A stretch of 63,887 bases of DNA, filler included, from 6 parts of 6 records of this genome joined end to end with filler, not necessarily neighbours in it; one strand, 5' to 3'; numbered from the whole stretch's first letter, positions 10,643 to 20,841 are shown. Numbers and translations: made by a program. The notes: generated by a model not told the origin, from the letters alone.

Positions 10643-11524
10643 ATGCCTTTCAATATATATCGAGCTAATTACTTTTTATTGTTAGCATTGGGAGCAACTC
10701 TTATTGGCTTTGCTCCCATATTTGTAAAGTGGAGTGACTTATCTCCTTCATGGATACTTTTCTATAGAATGCTTTTAACAATACCCTTTTTATTACTTTT
10801 AAATTTATTCATCAATAAAAGGCTTTCATTTAAAGTTCGCAACAAATCTACAATTACTTATACTGCGATAGCTTCAGCTGGGTTTACGATTGATTTGATC
10901 TTATGGCATTGGAGTATGGGGATAACCTCAATATCTAATGCAACAATAATTATAAACTCTGCACCTATCTTTGTAGCATTGCTAACTTTTTTTATTTTTA
11001 AACATCATTTAAAAAGACAATTTTTAATTTCTTTTACAATTACATATTTAGGTATTTCAGGGTTAGTATTTTTTTCTAATAACTATGCAAATGGAAAAAT
11101 TATTGGTGATCTGATGTGTCTTCTCGCAGCTTTTTTCTATGCCATATATCTTCTTGTAATATCAAGGCTCGGAAAAGAAAGCTCTCTAACTATTATCTTT
11201 TATACAACTTTATTTTGTTGTTTATTTTCACTACCGTTTGCTCTTTTTGAGTCTGGTTTATCGATTCCTTCATCAAAATTTGAATGGACTAATTTATTAT
11301 TACTTGCTCTATTATGTCAATTTGGGGGCCAATTTCTAATTACATATGGCATATCTAATATATCAGCATCTGATGGTTCAATAGGTCTTTTATTGCAGCC
11401 GCTAACCGCAACAATTTTGGCCGCATTTATTTTTAATGAACTAATAAATGCAACACAATTGATTTTCATACTTATAGCGCTCTTTGGTATTTATTTAGCA
11501 AGATTGAATATTATTAAAGAGTGA
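10643..11524 (+). CDS. DMT/EamA family transporter
   Basis: 293-aa protein with about 10 TM segments; GFAPIFVK, GDLMCLLAAFFYA and LLQP motifs. Confidence 0.88.
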   Translation: MPFNIYRANYFLLLALGATLIGFAPIFVKWSDLSPSWILFYRMLLTIPFLLLLNLFINKRLSFKVRNKSTITYTAIASAGFTIDLILWHWSMGITSISNATIIINSAPIFVALLTFFIFKHHLKRQFLISFTITYLGISGLVFFSNNYANGKIIGDLMCLLAAFFYAIYLLVISRLGKESSLTIIFYTTLFCCLFSLPFALFESGLSIPSSKFEWTNLLLLALLCQFGGQFLITYGISNISASDGSIGLLLQPLTATILAAFIFNELINATQLIFILIALFGIYLARLNIIKE

Positions 11525-11568
11525 TTGGCATTTGATTGATATAAAGAAATTACTTGATAAAAAAACAA

Positions 11569-11596
11569 TAGACAAAATAAATAAGGTTTCTATAAT
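11569..11596 (+). promoter_or_regulatory. Putative sigma70 promoter of the tRNA gene
   Basis: TAGACA-16 nt-TATAAT about 45 nt upstream of the tRNA 5' end. Confidence 0.5.
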
Positions 11597-11639
11597 GCTC
11601 TATAGTTCATAGTTTATAATAAAACTTATGGGCTAAGTG

Positions 11640-11669
11640 GGGTGATTAGCTCAGTTTGGTAGAGCATCT
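11640..11669 (+). tRNA. 5' part of a tRNA, probably tRNA-Val, cut by the contig end
   Basis: GGGTGATTAGCTCAGTTTGGTAGAGCATCT gives the acceptor 5' strand and D-arm and resembles gammaproteobacterial tRNA-Val(UAC). The anticodon is not in the sequence. Confidence 0.75.
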
Positions 11670-11769
11670 NNNNNNNNNNNNNNNNNNNNNNNNNNNNNNN
11701 NNNNNNNNNNNNNTTAATTAATTAANNNNNNNNNNNNNNNNNNNNNNNNNNNNNNNNNNNNNNNNNNNN
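11670..11769. other. Artificial contig linker
   Basis: N44-TTAATTAATTAA-N44; stop codons in all six frames. Confidence 0.98.
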
Positions 11770-12129
11770 CGCGACTGCTTCATTTACATCTACTGTTGGC
11801 ACCACATCTGCTGAAGCAACAGTTTCTAGCTGATCGTCAATTTTATTTGTAATTTCTTCAGTTAATCCAACTTTTGTATCTGAAGATACTTCGTTTGATT
11901 TATTTATTAAGTCTAGCGAAGATAAAGGGTCTTTGTTTTCATATAATTTTTCAGAACTAGGTTGTACATTATTTTCTAAGGAAGGTTCTGTTGGAATAGG
12001 GTTTTGATTAACTTCTTTTGAAACCGAGGGAACTTTTGTTTCTGCTTTAATGAAAGGAATAACATATTTTTGACGGGCTATTTCAATATCCGTTTTAAGA
12101 TTCTTTATACGTGTATCCCAATTTTGCAT
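11770..12129 (-). CDS. Hypothetical protein, 3'-truncated at the contig edge
   Basis: Open frame from ATG 12129 into the linker; the later part is low-complexity and rich in S/E/N/P/V; no recognisable domain. Confidence 0.55.
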
Positions 12130-12269
12130 TAGTTAACCTTAAAAAATTTTGTACTTTTTAAACTGTAAATAATTTAAAAAAAGTTTCAATTATTTTGAAT
12201 AATCATAAATTCTTTCAATAAACATACCAAAATCTTATTTTATAATAATTTTAACACTTAATACTCAAT

Positions 12270-12302
12270 AAAAAAAAGCAAATGATCAAGCTCATTTGCT
12301 TT
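12270..12302 (-). terminator. Rho-independent terminator after the GST gene
   Basis: Perfect 11-bp stem AAAGCAAATGA/TCATTTGCTTT with a 6-nt loop and a U-tract on the minus strand, just after the GST stop. Confidence 0.75.
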
Positions 12303-12325
12303 AAATTTATTTACATATTAGTTAA

Positions 12326-13021
12326 TTAAATATTTTTTAATCGTTCGTTTTGAGGAAACATATGCTTGCTAGCTTCTTCGTCTATTTCAACTTTGAAATT
12401 ATGATTATTTGATACATTTATATTTAACGCTCTCTGACTAGCTGGCCTATCGTTTATTTCCGTCATTAATCTATGCAGATTGGCTCTTTTCTCTAATTCA
12501 CCCTCACCAATAACTTTTGGTAACATTCTAGCCCAACCCCAAACACACATATCAACAATGGTATAAGTATCACCTAGCATGTATTTATTTTGAGCTAATC
12601 TTTTGTCTAAAATATCGTAATGTCTTTCTGCTTCATATACATATCTATTAATTGCATACTTTAGTTTTTCTGGAGCCATATGCTGAAAATGTACGGATTG
12701 TCCAGAATATGGGCCAATTCCAGTTGCAATAAACATTAACCATGAATATAGATCAGCTTTAGATTTAGGATTATTGTCTGTTATAAACTTTCCTGTTTTT
12801 TCAGCTAAATATAATAAAATAGCATTACTATCAAAAACTATGTTATCATCATCTACAATTGTTGGGGCCTTGGCATTGGGGTTTATTTCTAAATATGATG
12901 AAGTATGTTGGTCCCCTTTTCTTGTGTCTACTGGAACTGCTTCATATTGAAGACCCATCTCTTCTAAACACAAAGCTACCTTCATAGGATTGGGTCCAGT
13001 ATTATAGTAAAATTTTAGCAT
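12326..13021 (-). CDS. Glutathione S-transferase family protein (YfcG/Nu-like)
   Basis: GPNPMKV, INPNAKAP, FDSNAILLYLAEK, YTIVDM; GGAG RBS before ATG 13021. Confidence 0.92.
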   Translation of the reverse strand: MLKFYYNTGPNPMKVALCLEEMGLQYEAVPVDTRKGDQHTSSYLEINPNAKAPTIVDDDNIVFDSNAILLYLAEKTGKFITDNNPKSKADLYSWLMFIATGIGPYSGQSVHFQHMAPEKLKYAINRYVYEAERHYDILDKRLAQNKYMLGDTYTIVDMCVWGWARMLPKVIGEGELEKRANLHRLMTEINDRPASQRALNINVSNNHNFKVEIDEEASKHMFPQNERLKNI

Positions 13022-13139
13022 TTTCTTCTCCATCAGATTGAAATATAATTTGTATGTAACATATAGAAACGAATAATAATAAATTATTTAATTATATAAT
13101 TTTTATTATTAAATATGATATTAATTTTTTTATTCAAAA

Positions 13140-14213
13140 TTATTGTTTATAAAGCCTAAATACACCACCATTATATTCGTCATTAATGATTATAAGAGAA
13201 CCATCTGACATTTCTTCAATATCTCTTATTCTCCCAATCTTATTTTCTAAGATAACTTTTTCATCAACGATCTTCTTATTCTTAGTAGTTAAAATATGTA
13301 ATCTTTTAAATTTCAAAGAACCTAAGATTAATTTATTTTTAAATTCTGCAAACATATCACCTTTATATATTATCATACCTGAAGGTGCGATTGACGGGAT
13401 CCATACTTTAAATGGATTTTCAAAACCGTTTTTAGAAACACCTATTCCAATTTTTTTCCCACTACCATATTCTTTCCCATATGTGATCTTAGGCCAACCG
13501 TAATTTTTTCCCTTATAAATTATATTTACTTCGTCTCCACCTTGGGGACCATGCTCATGAAGCCATAACTGATTAGTCTTGTTATCAAAAAACAAACCTT
13601 GAGGATTACGATGACCAATTGAATAAATTTCTGGAAGGGCATTTTCAAAAGCATTATTATTATAATTAGATCCATTTTTTTTAATTTTAATTACAGAACC
13701 AGAATGATTGGCAAAATTTTGAGCATCATGTCTGCTCCCCCTATCTCCTATTGTTGCAAAAATAAATTCACCTATTATTGCAAGCCTACAGCCAAAATGA
13801 CGTGAACTATTTGATGGTTTGTTTGATTTAAATAATAGTTTTTTATTAAACAATATATTGTTTTTTAAATCATAACTATGAACGGCTGTTGCTGATTTAG
13901 TTGTATTGACTTTATCACTGAGACACAAATATACTTTTTTATTTTTGTTAATATTTTCAACAACAATGTCTAATAAACCTCCTTGCCCAAAATCTACAAC
14001 TTTTGGTACCCCTTTAATTTTTGTAATGTTTTTATTAAAAATATTTAATTTAAATACATTACCTTTACGTTGTGTAAGAAGTATCTCTTTATTATTTAAT
14101 ACTGATATGCCCCATAAATTAGATAGCCCCGTGCTCAATTTATTTAATGAAATTTGTGAATAAGAAGAAAATGGGAAAAACATTAAAATTAAAAGTATAT
14201 AAAATAATTTCAT
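13140..14213 (-). CDS. PQQ-dependent sugar (glucose/sorbosone) dehydrogenase
   Basis: GQGGLLD, HFGCRL, GHRNPQG, EHGPQGGDE, GKNYGWP, SIAPSG, GRIRD; signal peptide. Confidence 0.92.
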   Translation of the reverse strand: MKLFYILLILMFFPFSSYSQISLNKLSTGLSNLWGISVLNNKEILLTQRKGNVFKLNIFNKNITKIKGVPKVVDFGQGGLLDIVVENINKNKKVYLCLSDKVNTTKSATAVHSYDLKNNILFNKKLLFKSNKPSNSSRHFGCRLAIIGEFIFATIGDRGSRHDAQNFANHSGSVIKIKKNGSNYNNNAFENALPEIYSIGHRNPQGLFFDNKTNQLWLHEHGPQGGDEVNIIYKGKNYGWPKITYGKEYGSGKKIGIGVSKNGFENPFKVWIPSIAPSGMIIYKGDMFAEFKNKLILGSLKFKRLHILTTKNKKIVDEKVILENKIGRIRDIEEMSDGSLIIINDEYNGGVFRLYKQ

Positions 14214-14305
14214 TTAAGATAACCTTATTGTTATGTATAAGTGATAATTTAAAGTAGTTTTTACTATTTAAAAGATTAAAATTAAATGAAAAATTTGAGG
14301 ATTGA

Positions 14306-15319
14306 ATGAAGTTATTAGTTGCGGATATTGGAGGAACTAATGCTCGTTTTGCATACAAGGATGATGTATCAAGCGAATTATCTAATTTTTCTTATTTAAA
14401 ATGTACAGATTTTGAAAACATATTTGACGCTATTAAATATTATCAAGAAGAAAATAATTTGCACATAAAAAATATGTCAATTGCGGTAGCATCAACAACT
14501 AAACATGATGCTATAAAATTCACTAATAATCACTGGAACTTTAAACAATCAGAGGTCTTTGAATACTTCAAATTAGACAAGCTTATTTTTATTAACGATT
14601 TTGTTGCTCAATCTTTATGTTTTAGTTCCTTTTATAAAGATTTAACGATAGATCCCTCACTAAATAACAAAACTGCTTTAAACAATAACTTAGATATTGT
14701 AAGACCAGGAATTCCAATAACAAAAGCACCCCTTCTAGTTACTGGGCCTGGAACAGGATTAGGTGTTTGTACATTGTTAAACTTACATGGTTCTTCGATT
14801 GCAATTGAAGGCGAAGGAGGACATTCTTCGTTTGCTCCAAACTCAGCTATAGAGGTTGAATTACTTCAATTTTTAAGAAAAAAATATGATCATGTGTCTA
14901 ATGAACGGATTGTTAGTGGTTCAGGCATTGAAGAAATTTTTAATTTTATGCTATCTAGACAGGGAAAACAATCTAGTGAAATGAAAGCACCAGAGATAGG
15001 TGAAAAAGCACTTTTGGGAGAAATAGATGCTCTTAATAGTGTGAAATTAATGTTTAGTATTTTAGGAACAATAGTATCAAGTGTGATCTTGATTAATGGC
15101 GCTCAAAGTGGTGTTATTTTATCTGGAGGGATAACTCCTAAATTACATAGAATTTTCGAAGAAAGTAACTTTGAGAAAAACCTTTTAAATAAAGGTCGTA
15201 GATACAATTATATTAAAGATGTACCAATATGGTTAACCAAGGATAATAATAACGGTTTAAAAGGCGCATTAAACGCAATCTATAATCCACATTATAAGGA
15301 CAAAGTTATTACAAAATAA
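14306..15319 (+). CDS. glk: Glucokinase
   Basis: ADIGGTNARFA, NDF, GPGTGLG, EGGH, ERIVSGSG and GGI motifs. Confidence 0.92.
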   Translation: MKLLVADIGGTNARFAYKDDVSSELSNFSYLKCTDFENIFDAIKYYQEENNLHIKNMSIAVASTTKHDAIKFTNNHWNFKQSEVFEYFKLDKLIFINDFVAQSLCFSSFYKDLTIDPSLNNKTALNNNLDIVRPGIPITKAPLLVTGPGTGLGVCTLLNLHGSSIAIEGEGGHSSFAPNSAIEVELLQFLRKKYDHVSNERIVSGSGIEEIFNFMLSRQGKQSSEMKAPEIGEKALLGEIDALNSVKLMFSILGTIVSSVILINGAQSGVILSGGITPKLHRIFEESNFEKNLLNKGRRYNYIKDVPIWLTKDNNNGLKGALNAIYNPHYKDKVITK

Positions 15320-15372
15320 TACTTCACTTAAAAAAAATAAACGATACAGTTTAATTATAAAAGGAGATTATA

Positions 15373-16092
15373 TTGTTAACTAAAAAATTGATTTCATTTT
15401 TAAAAAAGTATGATACCCCTACAATATCTAATGCACTAGATATATATAGAAATTCCAGATCTGCAGACGGTTATACAAAGTATCCTTTTATTTCAGCTAA
15501 TAATAAACTAGAACCCATAATTGGAATAGCAAGAACAGCAAAGATAAAAGCTGGATCCCCTCCAACGATGACACCTGATCAAGTCACGTCTATAAGAATT
15601 AACTACTATGAATATATGAGTAATACATCCTCAATTCATACTGAAGCGCCAAATGTATGTATTATTGAAGATTTAGATTGGCCAAATCCTACCGGATCTT
15701 TTTGGGGAGAAGTGAATGTTGCGTTGCACCAGGGTCTGGGTTTAGCTGGTACAATTACAAGTGGATTGTTAAGAGACCTTGACGCGATAGACAAAGGTTA
15801 CCAAGTGTTAGCTAATAGCATAGGACCAAGTCACGCTTATGTGCATGTTTTAGAATACGGGTCTTCAATAAACATTCATGGCCTTCATGTAAATGATGGC
15901 GATATAATTCATGCAGACCAACATGGTGCAGTTTTAATTCCTAGCGATGCTCTTCCAATGATTGAAAGAGGTATAAATTATATGACAAAGAAAGAAAAGC
16001 ATTTAATTGACGCAGCAAAAGAGCCAAACTTTGATATAGAAAAACTGAAAATAGCATGGCAAAATGCTGCTAACGAAAAATGGGAAGGATGA
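15373..16092 (+). CDS. RraA/HMG-aldolase family protein
   Basis: DTPTISNA, FWGEVN, GLLRDLD, GDIIHADQHGAV; TTG start with AAGGAG RBS. Confidence 0.85.
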   Translation: MLTKKLISFLKKYDTPTISNALDIYRNSRSADGYTKYPFISANNKLEPIIGIARTAKIKAGSPPTMTPDQVTSIRINYYEYMSNTSSIHTEAPNVCIIEDLDWPNPTGSFWGEVNVALHQGLGLAGTITSGLLRDLDAIDKGYQVLANSIGPSHAYVHVLEYGSSINIHGLHVNDGDIIHADQHGAVLIPSDALPMIERGINYMTKKEKHLIDAAKEPNFDIEKLKIAWQNAANEKWEG

Positions 16093-16095
16093 AAT

Positions 16096-16911
16096 ATGTT
16101 TGAAATAGATAAAAATGCAAGGCGACTTTCTCAATCTGAAAAACAACAGTACTTGGAAGACGGTTATGTTACAGGATTACCAGTTTTCTCAGAAAATGCC
16201 ATTAAAGATATTCATGATTGGTACGAAGAATTAAGCTCTAAATTACCAAAAGAAATTGATATAAATAAAACTAATATGTGGCACAAAGCTAGCAAAAAAT
16301 TTTATGACTTATGCAGAACACCAACTATTTTAAATTACGTAGAAGACCTTATTGGCCCAAATTTTGTTCAATGGGGTGGTCAATTTTTTAGTAAAGAACC
16401 AAAAGATGGTTCTGTGGTTCCATGGCATCAAGATGCACAATACTGGCCTTTAAGTCCTGCAAATGCTGTAACTGTCTGGCTTGCTGTTTTTGACACTGAT
16501 GAAGAAAATGCAGCCATGAAAGTAGTTTCTGGCAGCCATAAACTAGGTAAATTTGTTCATAAAAAAAACGATGCAAAGAATTTAGTTTTAAACCAAGAGG
16601 TCTCTTTTGATCAATTAGATGAAACAAAAATAGTTTCCCTTAATTTAAAAGCTGGTCAAATCTCATTACACAACGATGCATTGCTTCACGGTTCAGAGGC
16701 TAATAATTCTAATAGAAGAAGGTGCGGGGTAACTATGAGATTTTCGCCAACTAATGTTAAAGGAGATCTAAAAACTTGGCCGTTTTTCGAGACACAACTT
16801 GCTAGAGGAGTTGATGAATATAATTTAAATCCTACAGCAGAAATACCTAGAGGTGAGGCTACTCCATTAAAAATGTTTTCGTTTTCTCATGAATTTGCAA
16901 AGGACTGGTAG
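16096..16911 (+). CDS. Fe(II)/2-oxoglutarate dioxygenase, PhyH family
   Basis: PWHQDAQYW (HxD) and LLHGSEANNSNRRR (distal His and 2OG-binding Arg). Confidence 0.9.
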   Translation: MFEIDKNARRLSQSEKQQYLEDGYVTGLPVFSENAIKDIHDWYEELSSKLPKEIDINKTNMWHKASKKFYDLCRTPTILNYVEDLIGPNFVQWGGQFFSKEPKDGSVVPWHQDAQYWPLSPANAVTVWLAVFDTDEENAAMKVVSGSHKLGKFVHKKNDAKNLVLNQEVSFDQLDETKIVSLNLKAGQISLHNDALLHGSEANNSNRRRCGVTMRFSPTNVKGDLKTWPFFETQLARGVDEYNLNPTAEIPRGEATPLKMFSFSHEFAKDW

Positions 16912-16912
16912 T

Positions 16913-17953
16913 CTAAACACATTCTAACATTTCAATATCCTGGCCACTTTTCAATCTTTTTACACCAACAGATTTAACTTTTATTTCATTTCTCGCTGTC
17001 ATCCATGCATCGCTTGAAATTAAAATTTGATTTGCATCTGACATGTCACATATATTAAATGCAACATTAACAGTTTTACCTAATATATCAAATTGAACAG
17101 TTTTCGTTCCTACGGTACCTGCAACTAAAGATCCTGAGTGTATTCCAACGTGTAAGTCCCATGGTGTTGAAGCAGAATTAGCTATTTCTCTTATTTTATA
17201 TGCACAATCAACACAAGATTTTATTGGAGAAGTTGCATGAGAAGATAAACCAGCCACAGCTACTATTGCATCACCTACGGTTTTAATTTTCTCTAAACCA
17301 AATTCTTCAAATGTATTTTCAAAATTTTCTATAATTTCTTGGAGTGTTTCAACAACTAGCTCAGGATTATTTTTTTCACAAAAGGATGTAAAACCAACTA
17401 AATCACAAATAAATATAGCCACGTCATCATATCTTCTTGATCTCACTTTACCTGAGGATTGAAGTTCGTTAGCAACCGAGGTAGGCATGACTGTTTTTAA
17501 AATTTGTTGCGATTTTTTTTTATCTGTTTCAACTCTATCTAGGTAGTTTTCTTCACTATCTCTTAATCTTTTTTTCTCTAAGCTTGCACCTACTCTAGCT
17601 TTCAACAACGTTCCATTAAAAGGCTTTGTAATAAAGTCATCTGCGCCATTAATAATACATTCAGCTGCAGTTTCTACTTCATCAGATGCAGTAACCATAA
17701 TAACAGGTATCGTCCTTTGAAGAGGGTCACCTTTTAAATGTTTAAGCACCTCTAGGCCACTCATATCAGGCATCATTAAATCTAATAGGATTAGGTCAAA
17801 TCTATTTTTTGAAGCCATATCAAGGGCAACTTTACCACCCTCTGCTGAAAATATATTTTTATAACCATCTCTCTTTAATCGTCTTTCAAGAGTGTATCTA
17901 TTATCTTCAATGTCATCGACTATTAATATATTAGCATCTTCTTTGTTAATCAT
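16913..17953 (-). CDS. Receiver domain fused to a class III nucleotide cyclase domain
   Basis: REC (ILIVDD, LLDLMMP, DFITKPF) followed by CDLVGFT, EKIKTVGD, VGIHSG and FDILGKTVN. Confidence 0.9.
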   Translation of the reverse strand: MINKEDANILIVDDIEDNRYTLERRLKRDGYKNIFSAEGGKVALDMASKNRFDLILLDLMMPDMSGLEVLKHLKGDPLQRTIPVIMVTASDEVETAAECIINGADDFITKPFNGTLLKARVGASLEKKRLRDSEENYLDRVETDKKKSQQILKTVMPTSVANELQSSGKVRSRRYDDVAIFICDLVGFTSFCEKNNPELVVETLQEIIENFENTFEEFGLEKIKTVGDAIVAVAGLSSHATSPIKSCVDCAYKIREIANSASTPWDLHVGIHSGSLVAGTVGTKTVQFDILGKTVNVAFNICDMSDANQILISSDAWMTARNEIKVKSVGVKRLKSGQDIEMLECV

Positions 17954-18320
17954 TAACTCTTCCTAATTGTTTAGAAATTTTTGATAATAGTCTTTCAATA
18001 TCAACAGGTTTTGTATCATAATCATTACATCCACTATCCAGAGCTCTTTTTTTATGCTCCTCCATAGCATGAGCTGACAAAGCTATTATTGGGATTGATT
18101 TTAAATTATCATTTCCTTTAATATGTTTAGTAGCTGTCCAGCCATCCATTTTTGGTAAGCTTAAGTCCATTAATATTAAATCTGGTTTTTCAGAAGATGC
18201 CATTTCAACACCCTGTTCACCATCAACAGCTATAACTATTTCAAAGCCTTTTCTTTTAAGGCGTCTGGATAACATGTATACATTATCTTCATTATCTTCT
18301 ACGTATAAAATCTTTGTCAT
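17946..18320 (-). CDS. Single-domain response regulator
   Basis: ILYVEDN, LMDLSLP, ALSAHAM, TKP; 124 aa. Confidence 0.95.
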   Translation of the reverse strand: MTKILYVEDNEDNVYMLSRRLKRKGFEIVIAVDGEQGVEMASSEKPDLILMDLSLPKMDGWTATKHIKGNDNLKSIPIIALSAHAMEEHKKRALDSGCNDYDTKPVDIERLLSKISKQLGRVND

Positions 18321-20695
18321 TAGCCATCTCCCTTATTTGAAGAAGCTTTTATAACATTACCTACTTCCTTAACAATTGTTGAAAAAGTATCGTCACTCTT
18401 TTCTAGAATTTTTAAAGTTTCACCAGACAAGAACTTTTTTTCTTCCTCACTTAAATCTGCGCCCGTCAATACTAAAATTGGAATTGTACTTAGCTCAGTT
18501 TCCCTAATCGTTTTTAAGAATTCAAAACCATTCATGACCGGCATCATAAGATCTAATAAAATCAGATCTGGTTTGATTTCTTCATTTTGTAAAATAGACA
18601 TGCCAATCTTTCCATTTTCGGCTTCTATTATTTTTACATCCTGTTTTTCTAAAATTTCGCGCATAGTAAATCGTAAACTATCATCATCTTCAATTAAACA
18701 AATCTTCAAATCGTCTTTATTACCTATTAAGTTTCTAATCGACTTCATAAGATATTCTTTTTGGACTGGCTTAGATAAAAAGTCTGCCGCTCCAAGAGAA
18801 AACCCTTTATTTTTTTCATCGAGAATAGATGCCATAATTACAGGAATATCTGACACTTCAGGATCTGCTTTTAACGTTCTCAGGACTGACCAGCCATCCA
18901 TTTCAGGCATAAGAATATCTAAGGTGATAACATCAGGCTTAAGATCTCTAGCCAGTCTGATGCCTTCCTTTCCGTTTGGAGCAACCACTACCTTATAATT
19001 CTCTTTAATCAATTGCCTTTTCATAAGCTCACTTACTGTAGGGTCATCATCAATAATCAAAACTGTCTTTCCTAAACTATTTTCTAATGAAACTACATTT
19101 TCTATTAATGATGAAGTTTGTGTGCTCAAGTTTTTCAGAGATTCAGATGCTCCTATAAAATCTGCTAAGAAGGTGGCTGTAAACGTTGTTCCATTTCCAA
19201 GTTCGCTATTTACTACAACATCTCCTCCCATCAAAATTGCTAATTGTTTAGAAATGGTTAGACCTAAACCAGTTCCCCCATATTTTCTGGTAGTAGAACT
19301 ATCTGCTTGAACAAAGGAGTTAAATAGTTTAGCCATCTGCTCTTCAGACATGCCTATACCTGTATCACTTACATCAATAGATATTAAATCTCCACCTTCT
19401 TGATTTATCTTATCAATACTAACAGTTACTTTACCTTTTTCGGTAAATTTACAGGCGTTTGAAATTAGGTTTAATACTACTTGTTTTAATCGTGTTTGAT
19501 CAGCTGTTACGAAATCTATATCAGCATTGTACTCAAGGACTAACTCATTTTCATTTTTAGATGCTAATGTTGATGACGTTTTAACAACATCATCCAATAC
19601 TTGTTTTAGTTCAAATGTTTCATTAAATAATTCAACTCTACCGGCTTCAATCTTTGATAAATCTAATACATCATTAATAAGGGTTAATAAATGTTTACCA
19701 GCATTAAAAACTCTATCTAAAGGCTCTTCAAAGTCATCTAATCCATCATCAGCAGCATCTTCTTTTAACATCTCAGTTAAACCTATGATTGCATTTAATG
19801 GTGTCCTTAATTCATGACTCATATTAGCTAAAAATTGACTTTTGGTTTGATTGGCAGCGTTAGCTTTTTCTTTAGCTTCATCCAAATCTAAAATCGTTTT
19901 ATTTAATTCTTCTTCACGTTTTTTTAATTCTGTAATATTTGAAAATATAGCGAATAGTCCACCTTCGTTTAATCTATTAAACGTAGCATTCCAAAAAGTC
20001 CCGTTATAAAATTGTGGAGGTTGGAATGTTACCTGACCTTTAATTTTTCTCCTATTATCTAAAGCATTATCAAAATACTCTTTTTCTTCATCAGGAGTGC
20101 TAAATTTCATAAATTTTTGTTTTCTTTGCTTTTCGAGATAATCTTCAAACTTTTCACCAACGTCAAACCTAACTCCAGCACCTCGTTGAATTTCTTTTGC
20201 AAAGTTATTGGCAAATAGCAAAGTATCATCTTTATCCCACATTGTAATTCCATGGGGCATGCTATTTAAAGCATCAGACATTCTTTTTTCAGTTTCTCGA
20301 ACTTGATCTTGAGCCTCTTCGATTTCTTTTTCTTTTTGTTTAATTTCTGTTATGTCAGAATAAACTAATAACTGCCCACCATCCGTTAACTTTGTTTCGC
20401 TTACTACCCAAGCTGTTCCATCTGTAAAAGTCTGTTCCCAAATATAATTTGTATCTGAAGCAGCTAAGTTTATCCTTTCTTTATAATATTCTTCGCTAGT
20501 CATACCCTCTGGGATTTTAATAAGTCCTTTTTTATTAACATTCTCAAGCATGTCTTTTCTATCTACGCCTGGTTTAAGATCAAAACCCCAATTGGTTTGG
20601 ATGTCTCTAGCTATTTTGTTACCCATTACCAATTTATGATCTTTATCCCATAGTAATATAGCATTTGGGGTTATCTCAATTGCGTCATTAAGTTG
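18320..20695 (-). CDS. Hybrid sensor histidine kinase (PAS repeats-HisKA-HATPase-REC-REC), 5'-truncated
   Basis: [15 protein letters not shown]-box, [23 protein letters not shown] and two REC domains. The frame stays open to the contig edge ([19 protein letters not shown]). Confidence 0.95.
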   Translation of the reverse strand, partial: QLNDAIEITPNAILLWDKDHKLVMGNKIARDIQTNWGFDLKPGVDRKDMLENVNKKGLIKIPEGMTSEEYYKERINLAASDTNYIWEQTFTDGTAWVVSETKLTDGGQLLVYSDITEIKQKEKEIEEAQDQVRETEKRMSDALNSMPHGITMWDKDDTLLFANNFAKEIQRGAGVRFDVGEKFEDYLEKQRKQKFMKFSTPDEEKEYFDNALDNRRKIKGQVTFQPPQFYNGTFWNATFNRLNEGGLFAIFSNITELKKREEELNKTILDLDEAKEKANAANQTKSQFLANMSHELRTPLNAIIGLTEMLKEDAADDGLDDFEEPLDRVFNAGKHLLTLINDVLDLSKIEAGRVELFNETFELKQVLDDVVKTSSTLASKNENELVLEYNADIDFVTADQTRLKQVVLNLISNACKFTEKGKVTVSIDKINQEGGDLISIDVSDTGIGMSEEQMAKLFNSFVQADSSTTRKYGGTGLGLTISKQLAILMGGDVVVNSELGNGTTFTATFLADFIGASESLKNLSTQTSSLIENVVSLENSLGKTVLIIDDDPTVSELMKRQLIKENYKVVVAPNGKEGIRLARDLKPDVITLDILMPEMDGWSVLRTLKADPEVSDIPVIMASILDEKNKGFSLGAADFLSKPVQKEYLMKSIRNLIGNKDDLKICLIEDDDSLRFTMREILEKQDVKIIEAENGKIGMSILQNEEIKPDLILLDLMMPVMNGFEFLKTIRETELSTIPILVLTGADLSEEEKKFLSGETLKILEKSDDTFSTIVKEVGNVIKASSNKGDG

Positions 20696-20696
20696 T

Positions 20697-20796
20697 NNNN
20701 NNNNNNNNNNNNNNNNNNNNNNNNNNNNNNNNNNNNNNNNTTAATTAATTAANNNNNNNNNNNNNNNNNNNNNNNNNNNNNNNNNNNNNNNNNNNN
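20697..20796. other. Artificial contig linker
   Basis: N44-TTAATTAATTAA-N44. Confidence 0.98.
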
Positions 20797-20811
20797 CATG
20801 ATAATGGGCGA

Positions 20812-20840
20812 TAAATACAAAGAAAGAGTAACAAAGTCAA
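20812..20840 (-). promoter_or_regulatory. Putative sigma70 promoter for a gene lost at the contig edge (ATG at 20799)
   Basis: Minus strand reads TTGACT-17 nt-TATTTA, then a GC-rich CGCCC, then ATG at the contig edge. Confidence 0.4.
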
Positions 20841-20841
20841 T

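Noticed and set aside
11714..11725. Recurring TTAATTAATTAA as a biological repeat or CRISPR-like element
   Set aside because: It is always centred in N44...N44, so it is a synthetic six-frame stop linker
16096..16911. PhyH protein as a non-heme iron halogenase
   Set aside because: It keeps HQD; halogenases replace the carboxylate ligand with Ala or Gly
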